The notes: generated by a model from the sequence alone, not told the origin. A DNA stretch of 64,000 bases from Planktothrix sp. GU0601_MAG3 (GCA_035193785.1 CP136572.1:2932578-2996577); one strand, 5' to 3'. Shown: positions 23,030 to 35,830, numbered from the stretch's first letter. Program-made: numbers and translations.

Positions 23030-24199
23030 ATGACAACTACCAATTTTAATGCCATGTCTAAACATCCTCTATCTGAATATATTCATCGCCTAGAGTCCGG
23101 TGGAGCCTTATTACCCGATTATCCTGAAAATTTGGTAGAAGTTGTCGGTATTTTAAAAAGTTATGGCATTGTTTTAGATGCCTATTCTAAGAATTTAATT
23201 TATATTGCCGATGAACAGTTTTTAGAATTATTTCCCTTTTTTAAGTATTTTAATGGAGAGGTAAATATCAAAAAAATATTTCAATATTTGTGGCATGATC
23301 GGATTAACTTTGAATATGCCGAATATTGTATGAAAACCATGTTTTGGCATGGGGGTGGCAAATTAGATGAATATTTAGACTCTCCTGAATTTCTCAAGTT
23401 AGCAGAAACTGCAATTCAAGCCAAAACTAAGGGAAATTTGATGATTCAAACCCTCCATCGTTTTTTCCCAGAATTTCTCCCCGAACAAATCCGACAACTC
23501 GCCTATTATAGTGGATTAGGTCAATTTTGGCGGGTGATGAGTGATATGTTTATTTCCCTTTCTGACCGTTATGATCAAGGGGAAATTAAATCTATTCCTG
23601 AAGTGGTGAATCATATTTTATTGGCATTAGTAGAAGCTGCCAATACACCTATTACCTATAGCGTTAAAATTAACGATAAAGTTTATGATATCCTCCCAAA
23701 ATCTGCCGGATTAACCTTTTTAATGGATACCGCAGTTCCCTATGTGGAAGCCGTGTTCTTTAGGGGAACTCCTTTTCCGGGAACGGTTTCTTATAATGCC
23801 CAAGCCCATCAAATTCCTACAGAACAAAAAGACTTTGCCTATGGTGCATTATACGCCGATCCCCTACCCATTGGCGGTTCAGGTATTCCCCCAACTCAAT
23901 TAATGCAGGATATGCGCCATTTTCTTCCTGATTATTTACATAATATTTATCAAAATAGTTGTCGCGGGGAAGATGATTTACGGGTGCAAATTTGTCAGAG
24001 TTTTCAAAAGTCAATGTTCTGTGTCACTACGGCGGCAATTCTGGGATTAGCACCCTATTCTATTAATACTAATGATCCCGAACAAAAACAAGCTAATCGG
24101 ATCTATTTTGAAAATTGGATGGATCGATTTTTAGACTCCCGTTTAGGGGAAGTTAATCAACCCACATCCAGGGAATGTAAGCTATTTCCAGAACGTTAA
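23030..24199 (+). CDS. cupB: CO2 hydration protein CupB (ChpX)
   Basis: WHDRINFEYAEYCMKTMFWHGGG; FFRGTPFPGTVSYNAQA; 389 aa, the shorter CupB size class; no cupS follows. Confidence 0.88.
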   Translation: MTTTNFNAMSKHPLSEYIHRLESGGALLPDYPENLVEVVGILKSYGIVLDAYSKNLIYIADEQFLELFPFFKYFNGEVNIKKIFQYLWHDRINFEYAEYCMKTMFWHGGGKLDEYLDSPEFLKLAETAIQAKTKGNLMIQTLHRFFPEFLPEQIRQLAYYSGLGQFWRVMSDMFISLSDRYDQGEIKSIPEVVNHILLALVEAANTPITYSVKINDKVYDILPKSAGLTFLMDTAVPYVEAVFFRGTPFPGTVSYNAQAHQIPTEQKDFAYGALYADPLPIGGSGIPPTQLMQDMRHFLPDYLHNIYQNSCRGEDDLRVQICQSFQKSMFCVTTAAILGLAPYSINTNDPEQKQANRIYFENWMDRFLDSRLGEVNQPTSRECKLFPER

Positions 24200-24229
24200 A
24201 AGACACTTTAAAAGAGCGAGGATTGTTAA

Positions 24230-26924
24230 ATGTCAGCAACACCGGAAAGTTTACAAAAATTTATTGATTTCTGTAAAGAACATATCACAGGACAGGAAAG
24301 AAAAGAAGCACAAACTTTTTTAGATCGTTTTTTTAAAGCATTCGGTTATGATGGTGCTTTAGAAGCGGGAGCAAAATATGAGGAAGCGATCAAAAAAGGC
24401 AGCCTAAAAGGTAAAACTGGTTTTGCTGATTTAATTTGGAAACCTAAAGTTTTAATTGAGATGAAACAACGCGGTGAGGATCTTAATAAACATTATGCCC
24501 AAGCTTTTGCTTATTGGCAACGTTTAGTACCTAATCGCCCTCGTTATGTGATTCTTTGTAATTTTGATGAATTTTGGATTTTTGATTTTGATAATCAATT
24601 AGATGAAACCTGTTGATAAAGTCGCTCTGATTAACTTAGTAGAAAGAGCGAGTGCTTTTGCTTTTATGGAGTCAGGAAATCGGACTCCTGTTTTTAGAAA
24701 TAATCAAGTAGAAATTACTGAAATTGCGGCGCGAAGAATGGGGGAATTATTTACCATTTTACAGCAAAGATTATCAAAACAAGCTGATTCTGAATTAATC
24801 GCTCAACGTTTTATTTTACAATGTGTGTTAGCCATGTTTGCCCAAGATCGAGGATTATTACCTCAAGATCTATTTATTGCTTGTGTACAAGATTGTCTGC
24901 AAAATAAACTAAGCTCCTATGATATCATTGGGGGATTATTTAGAGAAATGAATCAAACCGGAATTACTCCGGCTGGGCGTTATAAAGGTGTAGATTATTT
25001 TAATGGCGGACTATTTTCTACGATTTATCCAATTGATTTAACTGAGAAAGAATTAGAATTTTTAGATGTGGCTGCGAGACAGGATTGGAGTAAGGTTAGA
25101 CCCGCTATTTTTGGGAATATTTTTGAAGGCTCGGTTAATAAAAAAGACCGTCATTCCTACGGAATTCATTATACTTCAGAAAGTGATATAATGAACATTG
25201 TTCGCCCTACTATTAGTCAGTATTGGGAGGAGCGTATTGAGGGTGCAAATACCCTTAAGCAATTGTATCAATTACAGTTAGATTTACTAAATTATAAAGT
25301 CTTAGATCCGGCTTGCGGGAGTGGAAATTTTCTTTATATTGCTTATCAGGAATTAAAACGCATTGAGCAGCTTTTAATTCATAAAATTATGAGTAAAAAA
25401 ACCACCAATATTGATCAATTACAGATCAGTTTTGTTACTCCCCATCAGTTTTATGGAATGGATCTTAATCCTTTTGCGGTGGAGTTAGCTAGAGTTACTT
25501 TAATGATAGCGCGTAAAGTGGCAATTGATAAGTTTAATTTAACTGAAAATTCTTTACCTTTAGATACTTTAGATAATAATATTGTCTGTAAAGATGCTCT
25601 TTTTAGTGATTGGGTCAAGGCTGATGCTATTATTGGCAATCCTCCCTTTTTAGGAGGTAAACATATTCGCTTAAACTTTGGGGATGATTATGTTGATCGC
25701 CTGTTTGAAAAATATCCTAAAGATGTGGATTTTTGCAGTTATTGGTTTAGATTAGCCCATGATAATATTGATCATAATGGGAGAGTAGGTTTAGTTGCGA
25801 CTAATTCAATTAGTCAAGGGAAAAGTCGCAAGGTTTCTTTAGATTATATCAATGAAAATAACGGTTATATTCACGAAGCTATTTCAACTCAGGAATGGTC
25901 TGGAGAAGCCGCCGTTCATGTTAGTATTGTGAATTGGTGTAAAATCAAACCCGATGCTTATTTTTTAGATCATCAACCCGTTAATTTTATTAATTCTTCT
26001 CTGACTTCTTTAACTGATGTTTCTAGTGCTAAAACTTTAAAAGCAAATCTTAATATATGTTTTCAAGGTGTAATTCCTGTGGGAAAAGATTTCTATATTA
26101 CAGGTAAGATAGCTGAAGAATGGATCAAAAAAGATCCGAAGAATGAAAAAGTTTTAAAATTATCTCCATCAGCAGACGATTTAACTAAAAATCCTAACGG
26201 AAAACCGAGTCGATGGATTATTGATTTTAATGATTTGAGTTTAGAAGATGCTAGTGATTACGAATTACCTTTTAATTATGTTAAAATTAATGTTAAACCA
26301 GAAAGAGATAAAAATAGAGATCAAAAAGCGAGAGAATCTTGGTGGATGTTTTTGCGTCCACGTCCAGAAATGAGAAAAGCACTTAAAAATTTATCTTACC
26401 ATTTTGCTATTCCTAGACATTCTAAATGGTTTATATTTATACCTAATGAATCAACAGATTTACCTGCTGATTCTACTGTAATTGTTGCATCAGAAGATTT
26501 TTATATATTAGGTATTCTCACCGCAAAAATTCATCGTATTTGGGTAAAAGCACAAAGTTCAACTTTAAAAGGAGATACCCGCTATACTAATACAACCTGT
26601 TTTGAAACCTTCCCCTTTCCGCAAACACCGACTAAAAAGATAGTCGAAAAAATCAGAGAAACTATGATTAAACTCCATGAATATCGAACAGAGCAAATGG
26701 AGAAAAAACAATGGGGAATTACCCAATTATACAACAAATTTTTTACTGAGCCTAGTAGTCAATTGTATAAACTCCATCAACAATTAGATAAATTAGCAAT
26801 GGAGGCTTATGAATTTAATCCCGATGATGATCTTTTAGAGAAATTATTAAAACTCAACCTAGAGTTAGCCGAAAAAGAGGAAAGAGGGGAAAAAATAGTC
26901 GGTTGTTGGGATATTTATCAATAA
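24230..26924 (+). CDS. MmeI-like (type IIL/IIG) fused restriction endonuclease / N6-adenine methyltransferase (apparent frameshift at 24605-24609)
   Basis: N-terminal GFADLIWKPKVLIEMKQ nuclease motif; GIHYTSESDI; motif I VLDPACGSGNFL; motif IV IIGNPPFLGG; C-terminal RYTNTTCFETFPFP. Confidence 0.88.
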
Positions 26925-26935
26925 TATTTGACACT

Positions 26936-26956
26936 AGAAACCCGGTTTCTGAGTCC
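26936..26956. repeat. AGAAACCCGGTTTCTGAGTCC palindrome-containing direct repeat, copy 1
   Basis: Identical 21-mer at 28349-28369. Confidence 0.75.
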
Positions 26957-26962
26957 TCATAT

Positions 26963-27356
26963 TCAATACCAGTCAGCGATCGCAAGTCCTAAAACTCTCG
27001 AAAACTCCTTGACATTGTGGGTAACAAGAGTTGCTTGAAGTGAAGCGGCTGTCCCTGCAATCAAAACATCGATCGGGCCGATGGGAGTACCTTGTTGCTC
27101 CAATTGAGCGCGAATTGTCGCAGCAGCAACAGCAGAATTGCGATCAAAAGGAATAAGGTTAATTCGGTTTCAAAAGTTGCTGAAGTTGTTGGGTACGTTT
27201 TGCAGGGGAGGTAGATTTAGCAATACCCACTTGCAATTCAAACAGGACGATCGCAGAAATACCAATTTCTTGAGGAGATACATTAGCAAGGTTTTGGGCA
27301 ATTCTTCCTTGTCCTTTAAAGTAGTAAATTAATGTATTTGTATCCAAGATGTACAC
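26963..27356 (-). CDS. vapC: VapC-like PIN-domain toxin (apparent frameshift at 27167-27171)
   Basis: MYILDTNTLIY..SAIVLFELQVG; after repair ..GTPIGPIDVLIAGTA..LVTHNVKEFSRV..DWY*. Confidence 0.88.
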
Positions 27357-27607
27357 TAGAAACTCTCCCGCAAGATGTCTTCTCCCAACTCAGCACGAAT
27401 ATCTTCCAGAGTAGGAAAGTCTTCTGCCCATGTTCGGGCTAGGGAATAAACCAGTTCCGCCCAAGGAGTCGAAGTATCTAATGTAGCACTCGATGGGTTA
27501 GCATTCAGGTGCTGGGCGCGAATAAATTCAGCAAAAGTGAGAATTTCGCAGGCTTGCTCTTGGGGAAGGCTTTTAACGATCTCGTAGATTTGTTCAATGA
27601 TAGTCAT
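27356..27607 (-). CDS. Putative antitoxin (DUF2281-like) upstream of vapC
   Basis: 83 aa, EQIYEIVKSLPQEQACEILTFAEFI; stop overlaps the vapC start. Confidence 0.7.
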   Translation of the reverse strand: MTIIEQIYEIVKSLPQEQACEILTFAEFIRAQHLNANPSSATLDTSTPWAELVYSLARTWAEDFPTLEDIRAELGEDILRESF

Positions 27608-27692
27608 AATCTGTTTGGTGATCGAGTATGTTTATTGCTATTTAATCTAACTGATTTCATGTTATCATAAAATCACTTGAGAGCATAAGGAA

Positions 27693-28349
27693 ATGACCAT
27701 GCAAACCCAAGAAAAATCAGCAATCGAAAAGCTACCCAAAACCGAAAAACGCTATTACACCCCAGAGGAATATCTAGCATTAGAAGAAACTGCGATCGAC
27801 AAGAGTGAATACCATGATGGGGAGATAGTAACAATGCCAGGGGGAACAACTAACCACAACAGCATCATCATTAACTTGATTGCTAACTTGAAATTCGGAT
27901 TACGCGACAAAAATTACAGCTTATTTACTAGCGATGTGCTTCTGTGGATACCCCAAACTCGCCGTTATGTCTATCCCGATATCATGGTGATGCAAGGAGA
28001 ACCAATCTATCAAGAAAATAACCAAACAGTTGTGACAAATCCTCTGGTAATTATTGAGGTTTTATCTAATTCAACCAAAGACTATGATCGAGGTGGAAAA
28101 TTTCTCGCCTATCGCTCAATTTATGAATTTAAAGAATATATTTTAATTGACCAATATAGCTATCATATTGAACAATTTGCTAAAAATTCTAATAGAAAAT
28201 GGGTATTAACAGAGTATGATTTAGAAGAATCTATATTAACCCTAGAATCCGTAGAATTTCAGATGCCACTGATAGAAATTTACGAAGGAATTAATTTTGA
28301 GGCTAACGCAGAAGAAGTAAACGAGCTAACCGATGAAATCCAACAATAA
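27693..28349 (+). CDS. Uma2-family (DUF820) putative endonuclease
   Basis: YTPEEYLALEE..KSEYHDGEIVTMPGGT; YPDIMV; NPLVIIEVLSNSTKDYDRGGKF. Confidence 0.9.
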   Translation: MTMQTQEKSAIEKLPKTEKRYYTPEEYLALEETAIDKSEYHDGEIVTMPGGTTNHNSIIINLIANLKFGLRDKNYSLFTSDVLLWIPQTRRYVYPDIMVMQGEPIYQENNQTVVTNPLVIIEVLSNSTKDYDRGGKFLAYRSIYEFKEYILIDQYSYHIEQFAKNSNRKWVLTEYDLEESILTLESVEFQMPLIEIYEGINFEANAEEVNELTDEIQQ

Positions 28350-28369
28350 GAAACCCGGTTTCTGAGTCC
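28349..28369. repeat. AGAAACCCGGTTTCTGAGTCC direct repeat, copy 2
   Basis: Identical to 26936-26956. Confidence 0.75.
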
Positions 28370-28457
28370 CACGCGCGACTATATCTAGTTGTTAGAAGTG
28401 AAAGGGTTTCAGGACTCAAAAGTGTCCTAACTGTAATGCGTAGCGCTATATCACTAA

Positions 28458-29043
28458 CTAAACTCCGCCAAATCTTTCAATTGGCCAAAAACGAAAGACG
28501 GCGCGACCAATAATATTTTCTTTAGGAAGAAAACCCCAAACATGGGAATCATTACTATCGTTGCGATTATCTCCCATTACAAAATAGGAATTCTCAGGAA
28601 CTTTTACTGGGGGTAATTGATAATGGGGTTCCTCAGCAATATAACGTTCAAATTGGGGCTGATTATCAATATAAACCCGACCATTTTTAACTTCAATTGT
28701 TTGACCGGGTTGACCAATAACGCGCTTAATAAAGGCTTGATCTGCTCCATAGCCAATCTCTTGTAATTGGGGAGGAGGAATAAAAACAATAATATCGCCA
28801 AATTGGGGAGAATCTAAATAATAGGATACCTTTTCTATGACTAAGCGATCGCCGATTTCTAAAGTCGGGAACATCGAATCAGAAGGAATAAATCGAGGTT
28901 TCAGCCACAAAAGTTCTAATTAATAATGATAGTCCCAAGGCGATCGCTAAAATTACAATATTCTCTCGGATTTGATTCCAGAGACTTTTCTCAGGAATTG
29001 CAGGTTGGGGCTTTTGAATTGCTTGTTTTTCTTCAGATTTCAT
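28458..29043 (-). CDS. lepB: Signal peptidase I (apparent frameshift at 28898-28902)
   Basis: RTFVAEPRFIPSDSMFPTL (catalytic Ser); AFIKRVIG (catalytic Lys); MGDNRNDSNDSH. Confidence 0.93.
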
Positions 29044-29157
29044 TGTTTTTTTCCCTAATATCATTATCTATAAAAATAAATTGAGAATTAAGAATCGCAA
29101 TTAAGCTATGATTCTTAATTCTCAATTATTAATCCCTTGAATTTCAGGGATAAATTG

Positions 29158-30051
29158 TTAATTATCATGGGAGGATTTATGATGAAAACGGATTCCCAAA
29201 AATACATCATAGAGAAAACCCCAAAAGTCTTTTTTTCCCTCCAATATTCCCAAGGTTTGGGGAGAACCTTTTTCATCTAACAGCGGCTTCATAAATTCAT
29301 AGGTGGGCTTGTAATAATACCAAGGAATAGAAGGCCATAAATGATGAATTAGATGGTAATTTTGCCCCAAAATTAACAGATTTAAAACCGAACCCGGATA
29401 CACCCTAGCATTTTTCCAGCGACCGCGTTCTTGAAACGGGCGATGGGGTAAATAATCAAAGAATAAACCCAAAGCTATGCCCACAACCAAAGCCGGACAA
29501 AACCAGAAATTCAGAATATAGCCGAGAAATTCATAATGAATAGAGATCGCAACAATAGTCACTACAAATAAGCGACTCAAAAACCATTCCAACAGTTCAT
29601 ATTTTTTCCAAAGTCGGCGCTTGAAAAAAAACACTTCATGGTAGAAAAAACGTGCCGCAATCAACCACAAGGGGCCACCTGTGGAAACAAAATGATCCGG
29701 ATCATTGTCTGGATCATTAACATGGCAATGATGTTGGATATGCACCCGCGTAAATACGGGAAAGGCGAACCCTAACATCAAGGCACTACCATGTCCTAAT
29801 ACCGAATTCAAAATGCGGTTTTCGTGAGCAGAATTATGGGATGCGTCATGGATCACTGTCCCCGAAAGGTGCAGTGCCAAAACATTAATCAAAAAACAAC
29901 ACCAGTCTGGCCAACCCCAAAGCCAGTATCCCAATGTGGAACAGATCACCATTACTACCGCACCGCAAAACATCAGTAGCGTGGTGTTAAAACCACCCTC
30001 TGCGGTGAGGTATTCCTTGGGGACTGTCAGTGGCTTGCTTGCCTCCGACAT
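29158..30051 (-). CDS. crtR: Beta-carotene hydroxylase
   Basis: His boxes IHDASH, VHIQHH, YHLIHH; DPDHFVSTGGPLWLIAARFFYHE. Confidence 0.9.
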   Translation of the reverse strand: MSEASKPLTVPKEYLTAEGGFNTTLLMFCGAVVMVICSTLGYWLWGWPDWCCFLINVLALHLSGTVIHDASHNSAHENRILNSVLGHGSALMLGFAFPVFTRVHIQHHCHVNDPDNDPDHFVSTGGPLWLIAARFFYHEVFFFKRRLWKKYELLEWFLSRLFVVTIVAISIHYEFLGYILNFWFCPALVVGIALGLFFDYLPHRPFQERGRWKNARVYPGSVLNLLILGQNYHLIHHLWPSIPWYYYKPTYEFMKPLLDEKGSPQTLGILEGKKDFWGFLYDVFLGIRFHHKSSHDN

Positions 30052-30187
30052 TACAGTTTGCACTCCTTGAAGTTTCACACCTGAGTATTTTATGAGAAAA
30101 GTAACAAATTGTAAAGATTTATAAAATCACTAAACCCGAACGTAATTGCCTAAAATACCACAATTTTACCCCCAGGAGAAAATATTT

Positions 30188-30980
30188 ATGTCTAACTTAC
30201 TACTGCGTACATCCTTAGTCGGACTGGTGGGTTTATCCATCACCCTATCACTACTGGCTTCTACCACCCGGGTTAATGCTCAACCTCGATGGCCATCTTT
30301 ACCCAGTTTGACCGACCTGTTGCAACTCCCCCGCAACACCACCCCACCCCAACCGCCCCAAACGGTTCCAGATTCCTCCACCAATCCTACCCAATCCCCA
30401 GCCCCCCAACCCACGGATCAAGGCCCCCTAACTCCGCAAGTGGAAGTGGAAACCGGGGAAACAGAGATTGCTCGGTTTCGATGTGAAGTAATTGGCGGTC
30501 AATATACCGTTATGTATTATCCCGTCAGCCAACCCAATCAAGGCTATGCTTGGGCGGTTTCCGAGTAATATGGGGGGCGGATGGACACCGGAGCGCCGTT
30601 GTACAGAGATTAGTCGCCGTTTAGAGTCCTATCGTCCCGATGGATTAGCAGAAATCAGTACAGCGATTGAGAACGGTTACAATACCCTCTGCGCCACCAC
30701 CGAAGATATTCCCCAATGTCGGATTGTCTTAACCGTGCCCCCGGGGGAAGATCCCCTATTTGTGCGCGATCGCATTTTCCAAAACCTGGTTATTGCTGAT
30801 AGCGGCCAAAGCACCCAAGGTGTTCTGACCCTGATAGATGAAAAAAGTACCGGGGACATAATTCGAGGGGCTTTAGGACGTCCGAGAACTCGTTCTACAG
30901 GTATTCCCCTACGTCAATTCCTCGACCCCACCGATGGCGGCACTGGATTGCGCTTAAACCCCCGTTATTTTCCTAAATAG
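30188..30980 (+). CDS. COP23-domain secreted protein (apparent frameshift at 30557-30561)
   Basis: Signal peptide, Pro-rich linker, RFRCE..WAVPSNMGGGWTPERRCTEISRRLESYRPDGL. Confidence 0.75.
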
Positions 30981-30986
30981 ATAAGA

Positions 30987-31171
30987 GGGAGCGGGGGGAG
31001 CAGGGGAGGCAGGGGAGGCAGGGGAGGCAGGGGGAGCAGGGGAAGTATCATTACCCATTACCCATTACCCATTACCCATTACCCATTACCCATTACCCAT
31101 TACCCATTACCCATTACCCATTACCCATTACCCATTACCCATTACCCATTCGTAATTCGTAATTCGTAATT
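30987..31171. repeat. Composite STRR array: (GGGGAGGCA/GGGGGAGCA)n, (TTACCCA)x14, (TTCGTAA)x3
   Basis: Read directly; (TTACCCA)14 spans 31051-31148. Confidence 0.9.
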
Positions 31172-31218
31172 CTTGATCCTGATGTGTCCCTGACGTGGTT
31201 AAATTCTGTTTATGATCT

Positions 31219-31248
31219 GTAGAGAGACGCGCCATGGCTGGTCTCTAC
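31219..31248. repeat. GTAG-tagged REP-like palindrome
   Basis: gtagagagacgcgccatggctggtctctac, variant of 5421-5446. Confidence 0.65.
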
Positions 31249-31276
31249 AGATAATTCCCTAGATTTTTATTGAGTC

Positions 31277-33059
31277 ATGCAACCGCAAAATCTACTGCAT
31301 CGAACCAAAATAGTCGCTACAATCGGCCCTGCTACCCAGAAGCCTGAAGTTCTCCGCGCATTGATTTTAGCGGGTGCAACGACTCTGCGCTTGAATTTTT
31401 CCCATAATACCCATGAGGATCATCAACGCAGTATTCGGATGATTCGACAAACCGCCTTTGAACTGAATCAACCCGTAGGGATTTTACAGGATCTCCAAGG
31501 CCCAAAAATCAGATTGGGGAAATTTGAGACGGGTTCAATTGTTCTGAACCGGAATGATCAGTTTATTCTCACCAGTGAAGATGTGGTGGGAACCCAAGAA
31601 ATGTCCTCCGTCACATACCAACCCTTAGCCGATGAAGTTCCTGATGGGGCGGTGATTCTCCTTGATGATGGCAAGGTGGAAATGGTGGTAGAGAAAGTCG
31701 AACCATCAAAAGGACGCCTATATTGTCGGGTGGTTGTGGGCGGGACTCTTTCTAATAGTAAAGGGGTGAATTTTCCCGGGGTTTATCTGTCCATTAAAGC
31801 CATGACCGAAAAAGACCGCCGGGATTTAATGTTTGGTTTAGATCAAGGGGTGGACTGGGTAGCTTTAAGTTTCGTGAGAAATCCCCAGGATGTCTTAGAA
31901 ATTAAAGAATTAATTGCCAGTGCGGGGAAAGATGTTCCCGTAATTGCCAAAATTGAAAAACACGAAGCCATTGAACAAATGGAAGAAATTTTGGCTTTGT
32001 GTAATGGGGTGATGGTGGCCCGAGGTGATTTAGGGGTGGAACTTCCGGCGGAAGATGTGCCGATTTTACAAAAACGGTTAATTATCACCGCTAACCGTAT
32101 GGGAATTCCGGTAATTACTGCCACTCAGATGTTAGATAGCATGGTGAATAATCCCCGACCCACCCGGGCGGAAATTTCCGACGTAGCCAATGCAATTTTG
32201 GATGGTACGGATGCGGTGATGCTCTCCAATGAAACCGCCGTGGGTAACTATCCGGTGGAAGCAGTGGCGACCATGGCCCGGATTGCGGTGCGGATTGAAC
32301 AGGAGGGGGCGACCCGCAATGTTTCCAAGGTGGAAGATACCGGACGTTTCTATTCCCAATGCTATTAGTCAGGCGGTGGCGCAAATTTCTCACCAGTTGA
32401 ATGCGGCCGCGATTATGACTTTAACTAAAACTGGGTCTACGGCTCGGAATGTGTCCAAGTTCCGACCCCAAACCCCGATTTTAGCGATTACCCCCCACGT
32501 TGAGGTGGCGCGACAGTTGAGTTTAGTTTGGGGGGTGAAGCCTTTATTGGTTTTAGATTTACCTTCGGCTGACCAAACCTTTCAAGCGGCGGTGAATGTG
32601 GCGAGGGAAAAAAATCTGCTGGCCGATGGGGATTTAGTTGTGACCACGGCGGGAACTTTACAAGGGGTGGCTGGATCTACGGATTTGATTAAGGTGGAAG
32701 TGGTGACGGCGGCCTTGGGTAAGGGTACGGCCGTGGGTCAAGGATGCGTTACCGGGCGGGCGCGGGTAGCCCGTAGCGCCGGAGAGTTGGCTGATTTTAA
32801 TCCCGGGGAAATTTTGGTTACGGTTCAAACTAGCGCCGATTTTGTGGATGTGATGCGTAAGGCGGGGGGTGTGGTCACGGAAGCCGATAGTTTGACCAGT
32901 CACGCGGCGGTGATTGCTTTGCGTTTGGGGGTGCCTGTAATTGTTGGGGTGAAGAATGCCACTCGCTTGATTCGAGATGGGGTGATTCTGACCTTAGATA
33001 TGGAGCGCGGGATTGTCTATTCGGGCGCCAGCAGTGGTTCGGGGAGTGAAAATATCTAA
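31277..33059 (+). CDS. pyk: Pyruvate kinase with C-terminal PEP-utiliser (swivel) domain (apparent frameshift at 32346-32350)
   Basis: [55 protein letters not shown]. Confidence 0.95.
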
Positions 33060-33191
33060 AGGCATTTTCCTTCTCTATTGGATTAATTAACATTGGATTT
33101 TTTTCCTAAAAAATTAGCGATCGCCGGATGATAAAATCATTCGTTGATCGCTTTTTTTTACTCTTTCTGACCCGATGTTGAAAAATTATTC

Positions 33192-34376
33192 CTAACGGTC
33201 AACCGAACCCATAATAATATCGATACTCCCGAGAATTGCCACGAGGTCAGCGATTTTTTCTCCTCGCACTAATTCCGAAAGAATGGGTAAATTGCAGAAA
33301 TCTGCCGCCCGAATTTTGAACCGCCAGGGAAAGACATTATCATCCCCAATAATATAAATACCGAGTTCCCCTTTGCCACTTTCAATGCGGACATAATGTT
33401 CCCCTTTAGGAATTTTGAAACTGGGGGCGATTTTCTTCCCAATAAACTGATAATCAAAACCATTCCATTCGGATTTCGGCCCGCCCATCATCCGTTGGGC
33501 TTCTAAGTTTTCGTAGGGGCCACCCGGGAGAGCATCGAGGGCTTGATACAGGATTTTAAGGGATTCTCGCATTTCCCGAATCCGCACAAAATAACGGGCT
33601 AAACAGTCTCCGGCCGTTTCCCACTGCACATCCCAGTCTAACTCGTCGTAACATTCGTAGTGGTCAACTTTGCGTAAATCCCACTTCACCCCGGAGGCGC
33701 GTAACATGGGGCCGGATAATCCCCAGTTAATCGCCTGTTCCCGGGTAATAGTCCCTAAACCCTCAATCCGACGTCGGAAAATTGGGTTATTGCTAATTAA
33801 GCGTTCGTATTCGTCAATTTTCGGCCCGAAATAATCGCAAAAATCCCGACATTTCTGCACCCAACCATAGGGTAAATCGGCGGCGACTCCCCCAATCCGA
33901 AAATAGTTATTATTGACCATCCGGTATCCGGTGGCCGCTTCCCAGAGGTCATAAATCAATTCCCGTTCTCGGAAAATGTAGAAGAAGGGAGTTTGGGCGC
34001 CGACGTCGGCCAAGAATGGGCCAAGCCATAATAGGTGATTGGCGATGCGGTTTAACTCCAGCATAATCACCCGAATATATTGCGCCCGTTTGGGGACGGT
34101 GACTCCGGCCAATCGTTCCGGGCCATTCACCGTTACGGCTTCGTTGAACATTCCGGCGGCGTAGTCCCATCGGCTAACGTAGGGGACATACATGACAACG
34201 CTGCGACTTTCGGCGATTTTTTCCATACCGCGATGCAGATACCCAATCACGGGTTCACAGTCCACCACATCTTCCCCGTCCAGGGTGACAATTAACCGTA
34301 AGACCCCGTGCATGGAGGGATGGTGTGGCCCCATGTTCAAGACCATGGGTTCTGTGCGGGTTTCAATTCTACTCAT
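33192..34376 (-). CDS. ndhH: NAD(P)H-quinone oxidoreductase subunit H
   Basis: [39 protein letters not shown]. Confidence 0.97.
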   Translation of the reverse strand: MSRIETRTEPMVLNMGPHHPSMHGVLRLIVTLDGEDVVDCEPVIGYLHRGMEKIAESRSVVMYVPYVSRWDYAAGMFNEAVTVNGPERLAGVTVPKRAQYIRVIMLELNRIANHLLWLGPFLADVGAQTPFFYIFRERELIYDLWEAATGYRMVNNNYFRIGGVAADLPYGWVQKCRDFCDYFGPKIDEYERLISNNPIFRRRIEGLGTITREQAINWGLSGPMLRASGVKWDLRKVDHYECYDELDWDVQWETAGDCLARYFVRIREMRESLKILYQALDALPGGPYENLEAQRMMGGPKSEWNGFDYQFIGKKIAPSFKIPKGEHYVRIESGKGELGIYIIGDDNVFPWRFKIRAADFCNLPILSELVRGEKIADLVAILGSIDIIMGSVDR

Positions 34377-34556
34377 ACTTTTATCGGTGTTCCCTAACGC
34401 GAATTTATGGCTTTTTGGGGATTTTTGTTCTAATTATAGGATATATGATTAGGTTGTTGGCGATCGCAACTTTATTGATTTCAATCTATTGAAAACAGTC
34501 TATGAACACACCACCAGTTAAAATTGTGGAAGTTATTAATAATACAAGGACGCACA

Positions 34557-35823
34557 ATGGTTGAGAAATTAATTATAGACAACTTTGCCGGAATTGAACA
34601 TTTAGAAATAGAGGTTAAGAAGATCAATATTATGATTGGCCCTCAAGCCAGTGGTAAGAGTGTCTGTGCAAAATTATTATTTTATTTTAAAGAGTTTGTC
34701 TCTGATTTGGTTACAGCAGTTGAAAACGACCAAGATCAGGGTGAGCTAGATTCCTTTTATTTAAAAAAATTTGCAAGATTTTTCCCTGAAGAATTTGGAG
34801 GATTAGATGGGTTTCAACTGAGATATGAAACCGATAATAGATTTATAGAAATATCAAAAAAAAATGATCAGTCTACATTAATTCTTGAGTATGCGGATAT
34901 TTACAAACATGAATTTTTAGAATTAAAAGAAATATATGAAAAATTGAAACAGGATACTTTTGAATTCAGTCAAACTCAATGGACTGTTTTTGATAGATCT
35001 AAAGCTCGGTTACAACTCCTCAACCATGTTCAATCTTTATGGGGTAAAGCATCAATTTTTGTGCAAATTTTTATTCCAGCAGGACGAGCATTTTTTTCAA
35101 ATATACAAAACCATATCTTTACTTTTCTGTCAAGCAATAATTCATTAGATCCTTTTATTGAAAAACTAGGGCTGACTTATGAAAGCATAAAAAATATTAC
35201 TCTTGGGCTTAATCATGATCTTGAAAAGACCGGAATATATCAAGAAATTAAAGAGTTAGTATATCAGGTATTACGGGGTAATTTTTTGGTGGAAAAAGGC
35301 AATGATTATTTAATAACATTAGATGGAAGAAAAATTAATATTGCCAATATATCATCAGGTCAACAAGAAGCATTACCGTTAGTTATTATATTATCTAAAC
35401 TTCCTTTTTTACCTTCTTTAATTCAGGGAAAAACAATATATATTGAAGAAACCGGAAGCCCATATTTTTCCGACAGCGCAAAAAAATATTGTTGAGTTAG
35501 TAGCTACTGTTTTTAATACTAATCCTGATGGTCTTCAATTTTTTATTACCACCCATAGCCCCTATATTTTAACCGCCACTAACAATTTACTGCAAGCGGG
35601 TTTAATTTATCAGGATGCTAATGATCAAGTGATCGAAAAACTTGAAAAAATTGTTCCTCGCCATAAAGTGTTATTAACAAAAGATGTAGCGGTTTACTCT
35701 TTAATGGATGGTTTCTGTAAATCCATTATCTCTGAAGAAACGGGATTAATTGATACTAATATTATTGACTCTGTTTCTGAAGAATTGGCTATGGAATTTG
35801 ATCAACTTCTTGACCTGATTTAA
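34557..35823 (+). CDS. ABC-type AAA_15/AAA_21-family ATPase (apparent frameshift at 35448-35452)
   Basis: IDNFAGI; Walker A GPQASGKS; signature ISSGQQE; Walker B/D-loop IYIEEPEAHIFP after repair; H-loop ITTHSPY. Confidence 0.85.
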
Positions 35824-35830
35824 GTGCGAT

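Noticed and set aside
24230..26924. The MmeI-like methyltransferase as the cause of the GAAC errors
   Set aside because: MmeI-family enzymes recognise 6-7 bp sites, but the flanks of the 27 error sites share nothing beyond GAAC(Y); not strictly excluded
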